A stretch of 63,325 nucleotides of DNA, filler included, from Nemertoderma westbladi (Eukaryota > Animalia > Xenacoelomorpha): assembly GCA_032718475.1 (NCBI GenBank). It is 4 parts of 4 records of this genome, joined end to end, with 100 filler letters (N's around TTAATTAATTAA, not from the genome) between each part and the next. Parts side by side here need not be neighbours in the genome. Positions count along the whole stretch, not along the records: positions 33,678 to 59,972 come from JAUCBJ010001890.1; positions 60,073 to 63,325 come from JAUCBJ010008398.1; 2 more parts are not named here. One strand, 5' to 3'. Of the stretch, positions 50,723 to 62,963 are shown in pieces; position 1 is the stretch's first letter, and each line of letters opens with the position of its first letter. The position numbers and the translations under genes are program-made. The notes below the pieces were generated by a model. The model was given only the letters and a program-made list of their open reading frames with translations. It ran no database searches and was not told where the DNA came from.

Positions 50723-52854
50723 ATTGGCCGAGTTTCTTACTGCTGAGCTTGTTACTAACGTCCATCCATTTCCAATGTCATTTAAAGTTGTCTAAAGTTG
50801 TAAAGTACTAAATAAAAACTCGCTGTTAATACTAACGGCGTTGGGTAATGTTACAATTTTGAAATATATATTACCAGTAATTGCATTTCGATAAGAAAAT
50901 AAATAAGAGAATAAACCAATTATCATTATTAATTATCAGAGAGAGATTAAGAGTAATTCAGTAATCAAGAAGAAAGCAAGAAAGAGATAAATTTATTAAG
51001 GAATTAAAGGAAGCAATAACATTTTATGATTTCAATTGGTTATTCAAATGTCGGTCTGATAAGAATGGTACCACCCAAAACTTGAATCAAATCACCCCAA
51101 AATACAACTATTGTCTTTTCTTTCCGCTTTCGCACACTATCCTCAGACCACTTGATTGTAAAGAGATGTTGAAAAACATCTGCTTTCAATAAATATCAAT
51201 AAATGCTTCACGCCAAGTATGTGGATTTATGGATTTATATCTGTTATGATACCATCCTGAAATCTATACCATGACCTACTGTAGATACGACCCGCCAAGC
51301 CGCTGCAAAGCCCCTAAATTTAGTGGGCCAGTTATTTCTCTTAGATAGAACCCCTGAAACAATAAGTCTAGCGTGTCGAAAGTACTTGTCCCTAACTAAA
51401 ATGTTATCCTCTTTCAGATGAGACAAATAAAAAGTATATCGTATCTATAGTAGGTCATGTCTATACATTATTATCACAGAGGACAATAACGAAATAAGTG
51501 ACTATTACCTCAGTAGTATTAATAAATAGAATAGAAGGACATTGTACGATTACGCTTACGATTACGAATTACGATTACGATTAAGCTTATTATTTAATAC
51601 TTTACATTTCGATATATTATAAATAGTGCACAACAAGTTAGCAGGAAATTCAAATTTCTTAGATTAAGCTTATTGGTTATTTAAAAATAAAAACAGATCA
51701 ATAAAAAAAAAAAAATACAAATTAATTACGGTTGCGCTTACCTGCTGAACTTGCTCTCTTAATTCATAGTCAGCTATATCGCTAATGGACGTAGTGCAGT
51801 GATCGAGGCCTTCACTCGATATCTGAAACATCAAAGGACTGAAGGACGCGGACCTCTATGTAGAATAAAGTGACCGGGCATCATACCGGAAAGACTTACT
51901 TACATTGATTGAGGCCTAAACGAAATAATCAACAATTAAAAATAATATTTAAATAATAAAATACTGGTACATTATCAGATAAGCTGATACTGTACCAGTA
52001 TTTTATTACAAATATGCCTCAGTTACAATATATAAACTTACTATTGCAGTCCAAATCAATCATTATATTAGTTTCATCGCCGACAAACATTGCCGAATCA
52101 CGGCTAACGCCAACAGAGTCCATTCCATTTCCATCTTCCTCATAAAAAAGAGAACGTTTAAACTATTCCAAATATTAAAATTTTTCCGGTTAAACGCTCT
52201 AAATCGTCCCTATTCACATTGATAATATTTGCTGAACCAGATTCGTCACAATTTTTAGAAATACATTGGATAATTTCAATTAGGCTTTAGTCGCGCTCCT
52301 CTCGCTCCGTAATAGTGCTTTTGAGACAAATAACATCATTTAAATCGACCAATAATTATACGTTGAAATAATTCACAGTCAGCTGATCGCATTTAATAAG
52401 ACCAATAATTATACGTTGAAATAATTCACTGTCTTATTTAAAACTACCTATAATTATCGGTTGAAATATTTAAAAATAAAGCAAAATAATTCAACAGAAA
52501 ACAAGTTTTAAATCAACCTATAATATTAAGCAAAATAATGCATTTTTGAAACATTATTTAATTCGATCAATAATATCAAGCGAAATAATTAAGTTGAAAA
52601 AAATTATTTAAAACGACCAATAATATAAATCGAAATAATTCAGCATGACAAAAATCATTTAAAACAATCAATAATATCACTCGTATTAGATTATTGAATA
52701 TTGATACTAAATGTATCCATAATTAACATCCTTTTAGAGTGCGCTCCCAATACTCATTCCCATTCCTAGGCTATCATAATAATAAAATATATAGCTAGCT
52801 AGCCATCTTAATTATAGAGCGAGCCAATTAATCTCCAAATTAACCCAACTTTAT

Positions 52855-53340
52855 TTCCCAGACCAGCTGGTATTTTTTTTCAAACTGTGTTATATTATCC
52901 CTTTACATATCCTCCGTTTACTCTATTTTTCACTTATTCCACACCTACCTGGAATTTTGTCCAACTCTTTTCAGGAGCTCTCATGACATCTATTAAACCC
53001 TTGCATACCAAAATAAATAAACTCGTACTCTGCATCACCTTTACTCACTATCGCTCGTCCGCCTATCTTATCTATAAACGACTAAACCTATGATGTATGA
53101 ACTTCAAATAGGCACCTTTACTTTCGACATTCATACCTGCATCTCTGAACTCAAAATGTTTCCATAGGCGCCATTCAGGTCATATTAATTCCATAAGCTC
53201 AGTATCGCAAGGCAATTTTTCTGCCCTTCTTTTATTCATCTTCCCAACGTTTTCATTCACATCCACCTCAGTTGCATTCCAAAAATCGAGACAATCCTTT
53301 CGTTCTTCCTACAAAAAAGTACTGATCACCCAATTATATT
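52855..53340 (+). mobile_element. Highly decayed 3' part of a CR1/Crack-like LINE related to 23717-25438
   Basis: IKPLHTKINKLVLCITFTHYRSSA parallels LKPLRIKINKLIRCITFSHYQSSA. Confidence 0.65.
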
Positions 53341-54429
53341 TTAATTGTATTTAATCAGGGCCAACTCGGGGTTTTATTCCACCATGCACGATGAGCTAGC
53401 ATTATTTGGTCTCAAATACATCTGCAAACGACGATTTTTTACTGTATGCAATGTGAATAATGATAATTATTGGGAGCCATCTAGCGTCGTAAATCAGAAA
53501 TCGATATATTTTGTAGATCAAAATTACAAAATAATAGAAATACTATTATGCAGATTAGGGAAGACTTTCAAATCAATTCAACTAATTGGGACATGCCGGT
53601 GAGGGTTTTTACTTACGTGACAATAAATATAATATAATCATTAATATAACTTTATTTTCAGAATTTTAATTTTTGTAATCAGAATGTGTAATTACTTGAA
53701 AATTTCTAGCAGAATTTTTGTTTCGCACTTTTCAAGGAAAATATCGGTTTTTCAAAATAAATTAAATTTTCCATCCGTTATAACTTATCGACAATTTCAA
53801 AACTAAAAAAAACGACAAGACTTTATTTGATACTGAAAACGTTCACATCAGTTAACCCTGAAAAGCCCAAGGGGGGTTGAAATCCAACCCACTCTGTTGT
53901 TTTTTTTAGATTCTCTAGAGATGATCCATTAATGGAACTCCAAATTCCATGAAATTTCCTCAAATTTATCAGGAATCATTATGAAAAAAACTAGAAGTTC
54001 ACACGACCTGTAGTTTTCGAGATATAAGGAAGCTGTGACACCTATGTCAGCACTTTTCAGCACTGAAATTTCACATTTCAGTTTCTTTGGGGTAACTTCA
54101 CTCTATGGTGAAATAAATCGTTAAAATTCGGATATTTTGAACACCAAACCCATTGAAAACAATTATGGGTAAAATTTCGTGTTAAAATTTGGAAATTTGA
54201 AAAAGTACCACAAGAGCACCAAAAGTGCAAGTAGTGTGAAATTTCAAATTTTGAAATAGGATACAACTTCAATATCCTCACCCAAAATGAGGTTTTCGTA
54301 TGTGCTGATTTCATTGGTGACAATTATAAGACGCTGTAGTTAGCCAAAGTGGCTCGAAAATGAAAAAATCCCCTACTAGAACTGTTCAAATATATAATTT
54401 TCAAATAAACTACTTGTTTCAGTTAACTT

Positions 54430-55330
54430 ATATCCAATGCCGTATATATATCGGAGACATGGTTAAAACGTTACCATAGTGATAAGATTATAAGTATTAA
54501 TGGATTTACAACATACCGCCGGGATCGCAAATCACGGAAGGGGGGTGGAGTAGTAACTTATGTGCCAGATGGAATAAATAGTAAAATACGTCACGACATA
54601 AAATCATGTAATAGATTAGAATCCATATGGATTGAAATGGATGGATATTTAATTTGTACGCTATATAATCCCCCTAGGTCAAGAAATTTATTTTTTGATA
54701 ACATATCGGAAGAGCTAGAACATGCATTAACATTAGAGCCAAATAAAAAAATCGTAATACAGGGAAGGGAGACTTTAATATAAACATGTTAAAAGATAAA
54801 CAAAATCCCAAAAAAAAAACTTGAAGATCTACTGAACTTATACTGTATATCACTCATAAATAATGACACCCCTACAAGAATAACAAAAACCACTGAAAGA
54901 CTTATTGATTTAGTTTGTTCCAACATTGATGCCAAATTAATATCTAATTTTAGCGTACTGCCTTGTGAATTCTCTGAAGCATCGAAGAAAATTTTGCATT
55001 TAAATGTATAACACAAATTGAAGTCTTAGAAATAATAAATAAATTAAAAGATAACAAATCTAGTGGGCCATCAAATATACCAATTAAAATTATAAAATTA
55101 ATAGCAACAGATATCCTGGTACCACTGACATATATAATTAATCAAAGCTTGACCAAATCGATATTTCCAGATAAACTTAAATTAGTTAGTGTAACTCCAG
55201 TATACAAAAATGGTGATATTGATGATCCAATAAACTACAGACCGGTAGCAGTAACATCACCTTTAGCTAAGGTTTTCGAAAGAATAATTTTTAACCTAAT
55301 ATATACACACATAAATATACACAATTTTAC
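54430..55330 (+). mobile_element. Decayed CR1-group APE/RT fragments
   Basis: Motifs RRDRKSRKGGGV, LESIWIE, LYNPP, PTRITKTT..IDL and FPDKLK..VTPVYK..NYRPV. Confidence 0.75.
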
Positions 55331-56391
55331 ATTTAACGTGATTAAAAGAAATAAAACTAAACTAAAACTAAACTATATCAGTGATATTGGGTTATTTTGA
55401 GCGCTGAACCCATTTATAACAAGATTGTGTATAATTCGATGTCAAAATTCGGAATTTTTAAGAAGCACCATAATAGCACGAGAAGTGCAAGTACTAAAAT
55501 GCGAAAAAATTGATTTCGCAATTGCGGAAATACTTGAATTGCAGTGAAAAAATAGACAACGGATTTGGAATCAGCGTGGTTGTATTGTATACAAAAGTGT
55601 ATTTGCATGTAAATACTTAGATTTTTCGAAAAATTTTCAAAAATATGCATGCAATGAAATTTTTTAGCACCACGAAATGTGCTAATTAGTGTCAATGCGA
55701 CAAATTTTTCAGGAATTTTCTTCAGATACATTTTTGTAATATGATTGTGTACGTTTTGGCCAATTTTCAAAAAACATTCTAACATATAGAGCCGTGAGTA
55801 GTAATGGTTACCCCTCTTTGGCGACAGTTTGGTCCTACTTCACACCTTGGGTGTTAAGTAGGTCATTAATTAATTAAACAATTAATTAATTGGTCGATTA
55901 AACAATTAATTAATTGTTTAATCAATCGATTCGTATCAAATAATGTTGCCAAAGGCAATTTAATTTGATACAAATCAATCAGATAGGGGGACGCGAGATG
56001 AATAAATTGTACTATAACAAACGAAATATACAATACAATATACAATACATTTGTATTATTTTTGCCGTACAATAAAATGATAGAATTAAATATAAAGACG
56101 CAATCGAGGCCCAAAACATAAATATACCCTTTCACCAAAATAAAGTGGCCCCAGTTTAGCCCCGAGTCATCCCTCAATAATCTATGGCTGCTCGGGCTCT
56201 TATTAACCGTATAGCATGACTAACCCAATCATCAATGCGTGAATGGGGCCTGCGTGAATGGGGCTTGCGATAGAGCTTAAATTATTCATACCCACAGCTT
56301 CGTTATTATATCAATTCATCCAAGAAATTAGAATAAACATCTGGTATGGCAATAGATTATTCTTCTTTCACAACTCCATTCTAACCTCCCT

Positions 56392-56400
56392 CTATAAAAG
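56392..56400 (+). promoter_or_regulatory. Candidate TATA box for the 56540 ORF
   Basis: ctataaaag about 145 bp upstream of the ATG, with cagt ~6 nt later and cattc ~20-30 nt later. Confidence 0.35.
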
Positions 56401-56539
56401 CCCCCAGTCACCGCATTCCCATTCATTCTCTAATTTTTATTTTTAAAAGTTTTATTTATTTTCATAAAAGTTTTATTTATTTAAAATTATGTAAAATCAT
56501 TTATCGAAAACTCATAATATCAATTGACATTGCTATATA

Positions 56540-57508
56540 ATGCCTAGTTATGAAAAATGTTTGGTTTGTAATAAAGAAATGAGACAAGACAATCTATCTC
56601 GTCACATGGAAAGACATAGAAAGGATAAACTAATGGATCCATTACCAAAGAAATTTAAAAAATCCGAAGATATTTTTAGTGAAGATGAAAAGAAAAAGAG
56701 AGTTGAGCGTGATATATTAAAGATAAAACAGACAACGGAAAATAAATTTCATAAAGTTATGAATATTTTGAAAAGGATACAAAAACAGTTACCCCTAGAA
56801 AATGATGAAAATTTGAGTGAGGAAAGTGAAGAAGAAGAGGACGATGAGATGGAGAATGAAAATAGTGAGGGTCAGGATGAAGTTGAAGAGAGTGAGGTTG
56901 AGAACGAAGTGAGTGAAGGTCAGGAAGATGACGAAGAAAGTGAAGGTCAGGAAGAGGGTGAAGATAGCGAAGGTCAGGAAGAGAATGAAGAAAGCGAAGG
57001 TCAGGAAGACGATGAAGAAAGTGAAGGCGGGGAAGAGGATGACGAAAGTGAAGGTCAGAAAGAGGATGAAGAAAGTGAAGGTCATGAAGAGGACGAAGAA
57101 AGTGAAGGTCAGGAAAGTGAAGAAGATGATGAAAATGATAATAATAAGGAAATATTGAGACAATTACTTGGAAATAAGAATAAATTGCGGAAAATTATTA
57201 AACATTTAGAAGAGAATGATGAAAATAAAGAAGAGATATTGAGACAAATATTAGGAAACAAAAATCAAATACGGAAATTTATTAAACAAATGGAAGAAAA
57301 TGAGGAAAATAGAGAAGAGATATTAAGACAGGTTCTGGGAAATAAAAGTAAATTACTGAAAATGAATGAACAATTGAATGAAATTAAGAAACAGTTGGTT
57401 AATGAGGAAGATGAAATTAAAGAAAATCAACCAGCTTTTACTTATTTTCGAAGACCTATAACATCAAACTCTCGTACAGTATTTGCTCGCGCAGGACGAC
57501 GCTATTGA
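56540..57508 (+). CDS. Intronless 322-aa protein: N-terminal C2H2 zinc finger, acidic ESEGQEEDE repeats, repeated C-terminal coiled-coil
   Basis: CLVCNKEMRQDNLSRHMERH; about 10 nine-residue acidic units; three KEILRQ.LGNK repeats; intact ATG to stop. Confidence 0.72.
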   Translation: MPSYEKCLVCNKEMRQDNLSRHMERHRKDKLMDPLPKKFKKSEDIFSEDEKKKRVERDILKIKQTTENKFHKVMNILKRIQKQLPLENDENLSEESEEEEDDEMENENSEGQDEVEESEVENEVSEGQEDDEESEGQEEGEDSEGQEENEESEGQEDDEESEGGEEDDESEGQKEDEESEGHEEDEESEGQESEEDDENDNNKEILRQLLGNKNKLRKIIKHLEENDENKEEILRQILGNKNQIRKFIKQMEENEENREEILRQVLGNKSKLLKMNEQLNEIKKQLVNEEDEIKENQPAFTYFRRPITSNSRTVFARAGRRY

Positions 57509-57880
57509 CATTTGTTTGTTTGAGTTCCTTTCATAATAGTATTAGGACTATTTATCCATAACATTTATATTAGTATTAGGATTATTTATCCCTAATTATT
57601 ATATTAGTATTATAAATGTATTTGCCAACAATATTTATTACTATTAGGTCTATTTATTCAAGAAATTATATGTTTTTATAATATATTTTGGAAAATTAGT
57701 CGACTAAGTCATAATTTTTAAAACTTTAAATAAGGGTGGAGTTATTTTATAAAGTTAAGAAGAGTGAATCAATGGAGGCAACATGAAGTCTAATCTCTTG
57801 ACATTTACTCGTAAGACCGCACATTAACTCCCAAGGTTGCATACTATCACTATAGCTGGGAGAGTCAAAGCTAGTATACA

Positions 57881-59972
57881 GAAGTGAGGGAAGTGAGGGA
57901 AGTGAGGGAAGTGAGGGAAGTGAGGGAAGTGAGGGAAGTGAGGGAAGTGAGGGAAGTGAGGGAAGTGAGGGAAGTGAGGGAAGTGAGGGAAGTGAGGGAA
58001 GTGAGGGAAGTGAGGGAAGTGAGGGAAGTGAGGGAAGTGAGGGAAGTGAGGGAAGTGAGGGAAGTGAGGGAAGTGAGGGAAGTGAGGGAAGTGAGGGAAG
58101 TGAGGGAAGTGAGGGAAGTGAGGGAAGTGAGGGAAGTGAGGGAAGTGAGGGAGGAGTGAGGGAAGTGAGGGAAGTGAGGGAAGTGAGGGAAGTGAGGGAA
58201 GTGAGGGAAGTGAGGGAAGTGAGGGAAGTGAGGGAAGTGAGGGAAGTGAGGGAAGTGAGGGAAATGAGGGAAGTGAGGGAAGTGAGGGAAGTGAGGGAGT
58301 GAGTGAGGGAAGTGAGGGAAGTGAGGGAAGTGAGGGAAGTGAGGGAAGTGAGGGAAGTGAGGGAAGTGAGGGAAGTGAGGGAAGTGAGGCAGTGAGGGAA
58401 GTGAGGGAAGTGAGGGAAGTGAGGGAGTGAGTGAGGGAAGTGAGGGAGTGAGTGAGGGAAGTGAGGGAAGTGAGGGAAGTGAGGGAAGTGAGGGAAGTGA
58501 GGGAAGTGAGGGAAGTGAGGGAAGTGAGGGAAGTGAGGGAAGTGAGGGAAGTGAGGGAAGTGAGGGAAGTGAGGGAAGTGAGGGAAGTGAGGCAGTGAGG
58601 GAAGTGAGGGAAGTGAGGCAGTGAGGGAAGTGAGGGAAGTGAGGGAGTGAGGGAAGTGAGGGAAGTGAGGGAAGTGAGGGAAGTGAGGGAAGTGAGGGAA
58701 GTGAGGGAAGTGAGGGAAGTGAGGGAGTGAGTGAGGGAAGTGAGGGAGTGAGTGAGGGAAGTGAGGGAAGTGAGGGAGTGAGTGAGGGAAGTGAGGGAAG
58801 TGAGGGAAGTGAGGGAAGTGAGGGAAGTGAGGGAAGTGAGGGAAATGAGGGAAGTGAGGGAAGTGAGGGAAGTGAGGGAAGTGAGGGAAGTGAGGGAAGT
58901 GAGGGAAGTGAGGGAAGTGAGGGAGTGAGTGAGGGAAGTGAGGGAAGTGAGGGAAGTGAGGGAAATGAGGGAAGTGAGGGAAGTGAGGGAAGTGAGGGAG
59001 TGAGTGAGGGAAGTGAGGGAAGTGAGGGAAGTGAGGGAAGTGAGGGAAGTGAGGGAAGTGAGGGAAGTGAGGGAGTGAGTGAGGGAAGTGAGGGAAGTGA
59101 GGGAAGTGAGGGAAGTGAGGGAGTGAGTGAGGGAAGTGAGGGAGTGAGTGAGGGAGTGAGTGAGGGAAGTGAGGGAAGTGAGGGAAGTGAGGGAAGTGAG
59201 GGAAGTGAGGGAAGTGAGGGAAGTGAGGGAAGTGAGGGAAATGAGGGAAGTGAGGGAAGTGAGGGAAGTGAGGGAAGTGAGGGAAGTGAGGGAAGTGAGG
59301 TAAGTGAGGGAAGTGAGGGAAGTGAGGGAAGTGAGGGAAGTGAGGGAAGTGAGGGAGTGAGTGAGGGAAGTGAGGGAAGTGAGGGAAGTGAGGGAAGTGA
59401 GGGAAGTGAGGGAAGTGAGGGAAGTGAGGGAAGTGAGGGAGTGAGTGAGGGAAGTGAGGGAAGTGAGGGAGTGAGTGAGGGAAGTGAGGGAAGTGAGGGA
59501 AGTGAGGGAAGTGAGGGAGTGAGTGAGGGAGTGAGTGAGGGAGTGAGTGAGGGAAGTGAGGGAAGTGAGGGAAGTGAGGGAAGTGAGGGAGTGAGTGAGG
59601 GAAGTGAGGGAAGTGAGGGAAGTGAGGGAAGTGAGGGAAGTGAGGGAAGTGAGGGAAGTGAGGGAAGTGAGGGAAGTGAGGGAAGTGAGGGAAGTGAGGG
59701 AAGTGAGGGAAGTGAGGGAAGTGAGGGAGTGAGTGAGGGAAGTGAGGGAAGTGAGGGAGTGAGTGAGGGAAGTGAGGGAAGTGAGGGAGTGAGTGAGGGA
59801 AGTGAGGGAAGTGAGGGAAGTGAGGGAAGTGAGGGAAGTGAGGGAAGTGAGGGAAGTGAGGGAGTGAGTGAGGGAAGTGAGGGAAGTGAGGGAGTGAGTG
59901 AGGGAAGTGAGGGAAGTGAGGGAAGTGAGGGAGTGAGTGAGGGAAGTGAGGGAAGTGAGGGAAGTGAGGGAG
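57881..59972 (+). repeat. (GAAGTGAGG)n 9-bp satellite, >2 kb, running into the contig end
   Basis: Pure at its 5' start; 8-, 11- and 12-bp variants appear downstream. Confidence 0.97.
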
Positions 59973-60072
59973 NNNNNNNNNNNNNNNNNNNNNNNNNNNN
60001 NNNNNNNNNNNNNNNNTTAATTAATTAANNNNNNNNNNNNNNNNNNNNNNNNNNNNNNNNNNNNNNNNNNNN
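59973..60072. other. Artificial contig linker
   Basis: N44-TTAATTAATTAA-N44. Confidence 0.98.
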
Positions 60073-60195
60073 GCGGATGATCTAGCAAATGTCATGGGTG
60101 ATAGGGAGTTGTGGCGGTGCAATTTTGTTGACAAGCCGGCACAGCATTCTTAAAAATGCAGCTGCAATTGCAGCATGCCGATCCTAGTAGTAGTA
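60073..60195 (+). mobile_element. 3' end of the RTE family (copy D), cut by contig start
   Basis: Reverse complement of 9156-9271 with a tagtagtagt tail. Confidence 0.92.
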
Positions 60196-61495
60196 TTCTT
60201 CAATCTTATATTTATTTGTTGGTAACAATGAAAAGCTGGCCATGCAAGTATTCCAAATCTGTTGAATTTGGCTTGAAAATAGCTGAGATATGGGCATTCG
60301 AATGTTACATGTATTTGCTTCTGCTGCAGGCCATTTATTCTATTTAATAAATACACAATGTGTTATAATCTTTTTTTGGGGAGAGGTGGAGGGGGGGGGG
60401 GGGGGGGGGGGGTGTCCCTGTCCTGTCCATGTCACTGAATTACGACACAATAATATTCCAGGGCAATGGTGTATTTGTGTCAGCACTAAAGAGACATTAA
60501 AGAGTTGTGAAACATTATTTTAATTAATAATTTGCTATGCAAAATTTAATTTACTAACTGAAATCAACAGAAACTATTTTTGTTTTGGCCCTGGTTAAGA
60601 TTTGACTAGTTTATTGAAATTTTGTTTAAAGTAAGTTGTTTTATTTTAAATTGCTCGCTTTAATAAACAATAAATTTGTTCGAACGGAGAATATAACAAA
60701 GCGCCAGAATAATGCACTATCATTTCGTTTAACATATCAGTGTTAGCTGGGATTGTAGATAATCACCAATTGATCTTATTGTATTGGCGTTAATAAATAT
60801 TCATATATGGCGAAGTCGGTATCCTAGCAACATGTAAACGTCGCCTCGCGTGCAGAGTATTGTTATTGGGACTAAAGGTTTTTGTAAGCCAATAATAAAT
60901 TTAAGTGCGAAAACAACAGAAAATTAGTTAGGAAAAAGGAAATAGAACTACTGTAATAATTTAAAATAATATAATCTACAGGTAAATTACCAATAATAAA
61001 ATATATTTACACAAACTTTAAAATTTAAATTACATAATCATAAAAATACTGTAATACGGTAAGTTTGGATTTTGTTTCTGCGTATTACCTTTTTTTTAGC
61101 CAATGTTAAGTTATTTGCGTTCTGCTCTTATACTTCACTTTGCGGTTTACCCCTATGTGAAGAGTACATGGATTTCTCAGGTTACAGAAAGGGCTGAATC
61201 TAACCAAAACAATAAATCAGAAATAATAAATTAGTATCTGCAGAGGTTACAGTATAAAGTAGAAATAAGCGCTATAAAACCCTAGATAAGAAGAAATAAA
61301 AAAATACAAATTCTACATATAGAAAATTCCAATAATTATTTCACCCAAAAACAGAAAACCTTGTATTCTTCACATCTGCTACTGTACATGTGCAATAATA
61401 AATTTGTTACGTTTCTGACTAGGGACAAGATTATTGATTTAAACAATCTATCTGTATTTCAAAGTCTTTGACGTAGTTACTTTTTTATTGTTGTC

Positions 61496-62963
61496 ATGGC
61501 AGCGGTCGATTACGTCGGTGTCCAACGGCACTCGATGCAACACAACCCGTTGCTGCAACGCTCGTCGCTCGGACGACCACTGTCGCGTTGCTACGAGGTA
61601 CCCCAAGACCCCTTCACTTACGGCCAATCGGTCTCGGGACTGGAGGGTGGGGTTCGCGAGGTGCTGGGTCGTTGGCGGGGCGACGAGGGGCGACGGGAGT
61701 CCCTGACCCGAGTGGAGGAGCAGTTAATCCCGATCCGAAGGAAGATCACTCGACAACCCGGGAAGGATTTCGTCTCTCTCAATGTCGGCGCCGTCAAGGC
61801 GGGGTTGATAACGGCTCAACAACAGAAGAGTTTTCGGGCGACTCACGATATGAGGAGGTCGTTAGAAGATATGGATGGTGGCGATGATACAAAGAGAGTT
61901 GAACAGACAAGAACGAGAAGGTAACAAGTATAAAATCTCAAGGGCTGAAACATTTGTGGTAATTTTATTTCTATTAGCGGGATAACATTCAACCAATAAA
62001 TTAATAAGCGTCAAGTAAATAACTTACAATTGAAATTTTAAAACATTTACTGAGTAAAAAAAATGAATGTTAATAAATTAATTTTAGTTTTAATTGAAAT
62101 TATTAGCCCTTACGATAAAAATAAGTAATATGACCAGGACTTCAGAGGTGTTTCCGAAGATAGGGCGGCTATGTGCTATTTACTTTCGTTTACTGCTGTG
62201 CCGCAGTAACCTGATCCTTTCCTTTATTGAAAATCGACATTGTCATTCGGCCTATCAGGCCTCATCAGTAACGCGAACCAGTTCAGCCACTTTGCCCCTG
62301 ACACTTACTCTCCAATCTAATCCACTTCTATCGAACAGGCAGTCTTGAGTAGCATATCCTATCTCTAACAGCGGACACACCGTCGTCAAGGAAATAGGTT
62401 TTGTTAAGAAATTGAAAAAAATGTTTCATTTTATATTTTTTCATGTGAAAAGTAAAAAGAGCCGAAAACTGTAGTCTACTATATATGTACTTTACATTGC
62501 ATCGTGAAAGGAATACTAATTTAGGCCTTAATCTTTATTGTAATTTCTCCCCAATAGGATCAAACCAACAATGACATTCGGTATGCCGACCAGACCGTCC
62601 ACGCCTATATTCGGGTTACTGGAACACAAATACCAGGACGAATGGCTACGGAAGATGAGAGCAGCTGACGCCGTAGAACACGCGGACTCTTACGATTGGA
62701 TGTCGTCCGGGCAACGCAGCGGTACCGCGCCCCACGGACTGAGACTTTACGAGAACCGCGCGTCCCAGTTGCGTAAGTTCGAACCCGCGGTGAATCCGGG
62801 CCCGTTGTGGCAGATAGCGAAGTTCCAACGGGCCGCTAACCCGCATATATCGTCGTTCCGTACAGATAAACGACGCCAGATGGCGTTGCGACGACATGAG
62901 CGAGATGCCATTGGGCGGCAGGGCGTTTGGGGACATGGAATATACGAACCTGCAAAAATGTGA
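61496..62963 (+). CDS. CFAP77: Cilia- and flagella-associated protein 77 (C9orf171/DUF4483); exons 61496-61920 and 62558-62963 (276 aa)
   Basis: Motifs SMQHNPLL..LGRP, GLEGGVREVLGRW, LNVGAVKAGLITA, MTFGMPTRPSTPIFGLLEHKY, LYENRASQLRKF and RQG..GHGIY are collinear with CFAP77. The phase-2 intron AG|gtaaca..aatag|G restores frame. Confidence 0.93.
62150..62390 (-). mobile_element. Deu/Nin-like SINE remnant in the CFAP77 intron
   Basis: GC-richer island sharing aaaggatcaggtta and aaacgaaagtaaa with 31248-31430. Confidence 0.5.

Noticed and set aside
53852-55868. piggyBac-like MITE starting ttaaccctgaaaagcccaagggggg
   Set aside because: The left end is plausible, but the only candidate right end (ccttgggtgttaag) matches too poorly to delimit an element.
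56795-57163. Overlapping antisense and alternate-frame ORFs
   Set aside because: They are shadow frames of the purine-rich acidic repeat.
57881-59972. Non-canonical telomere
   Set aside because: The G-rich strand does face the contig end, but heterogeneity increases distally, the opposite of telomerase-made arrays. Contigs commonly break at satellites.
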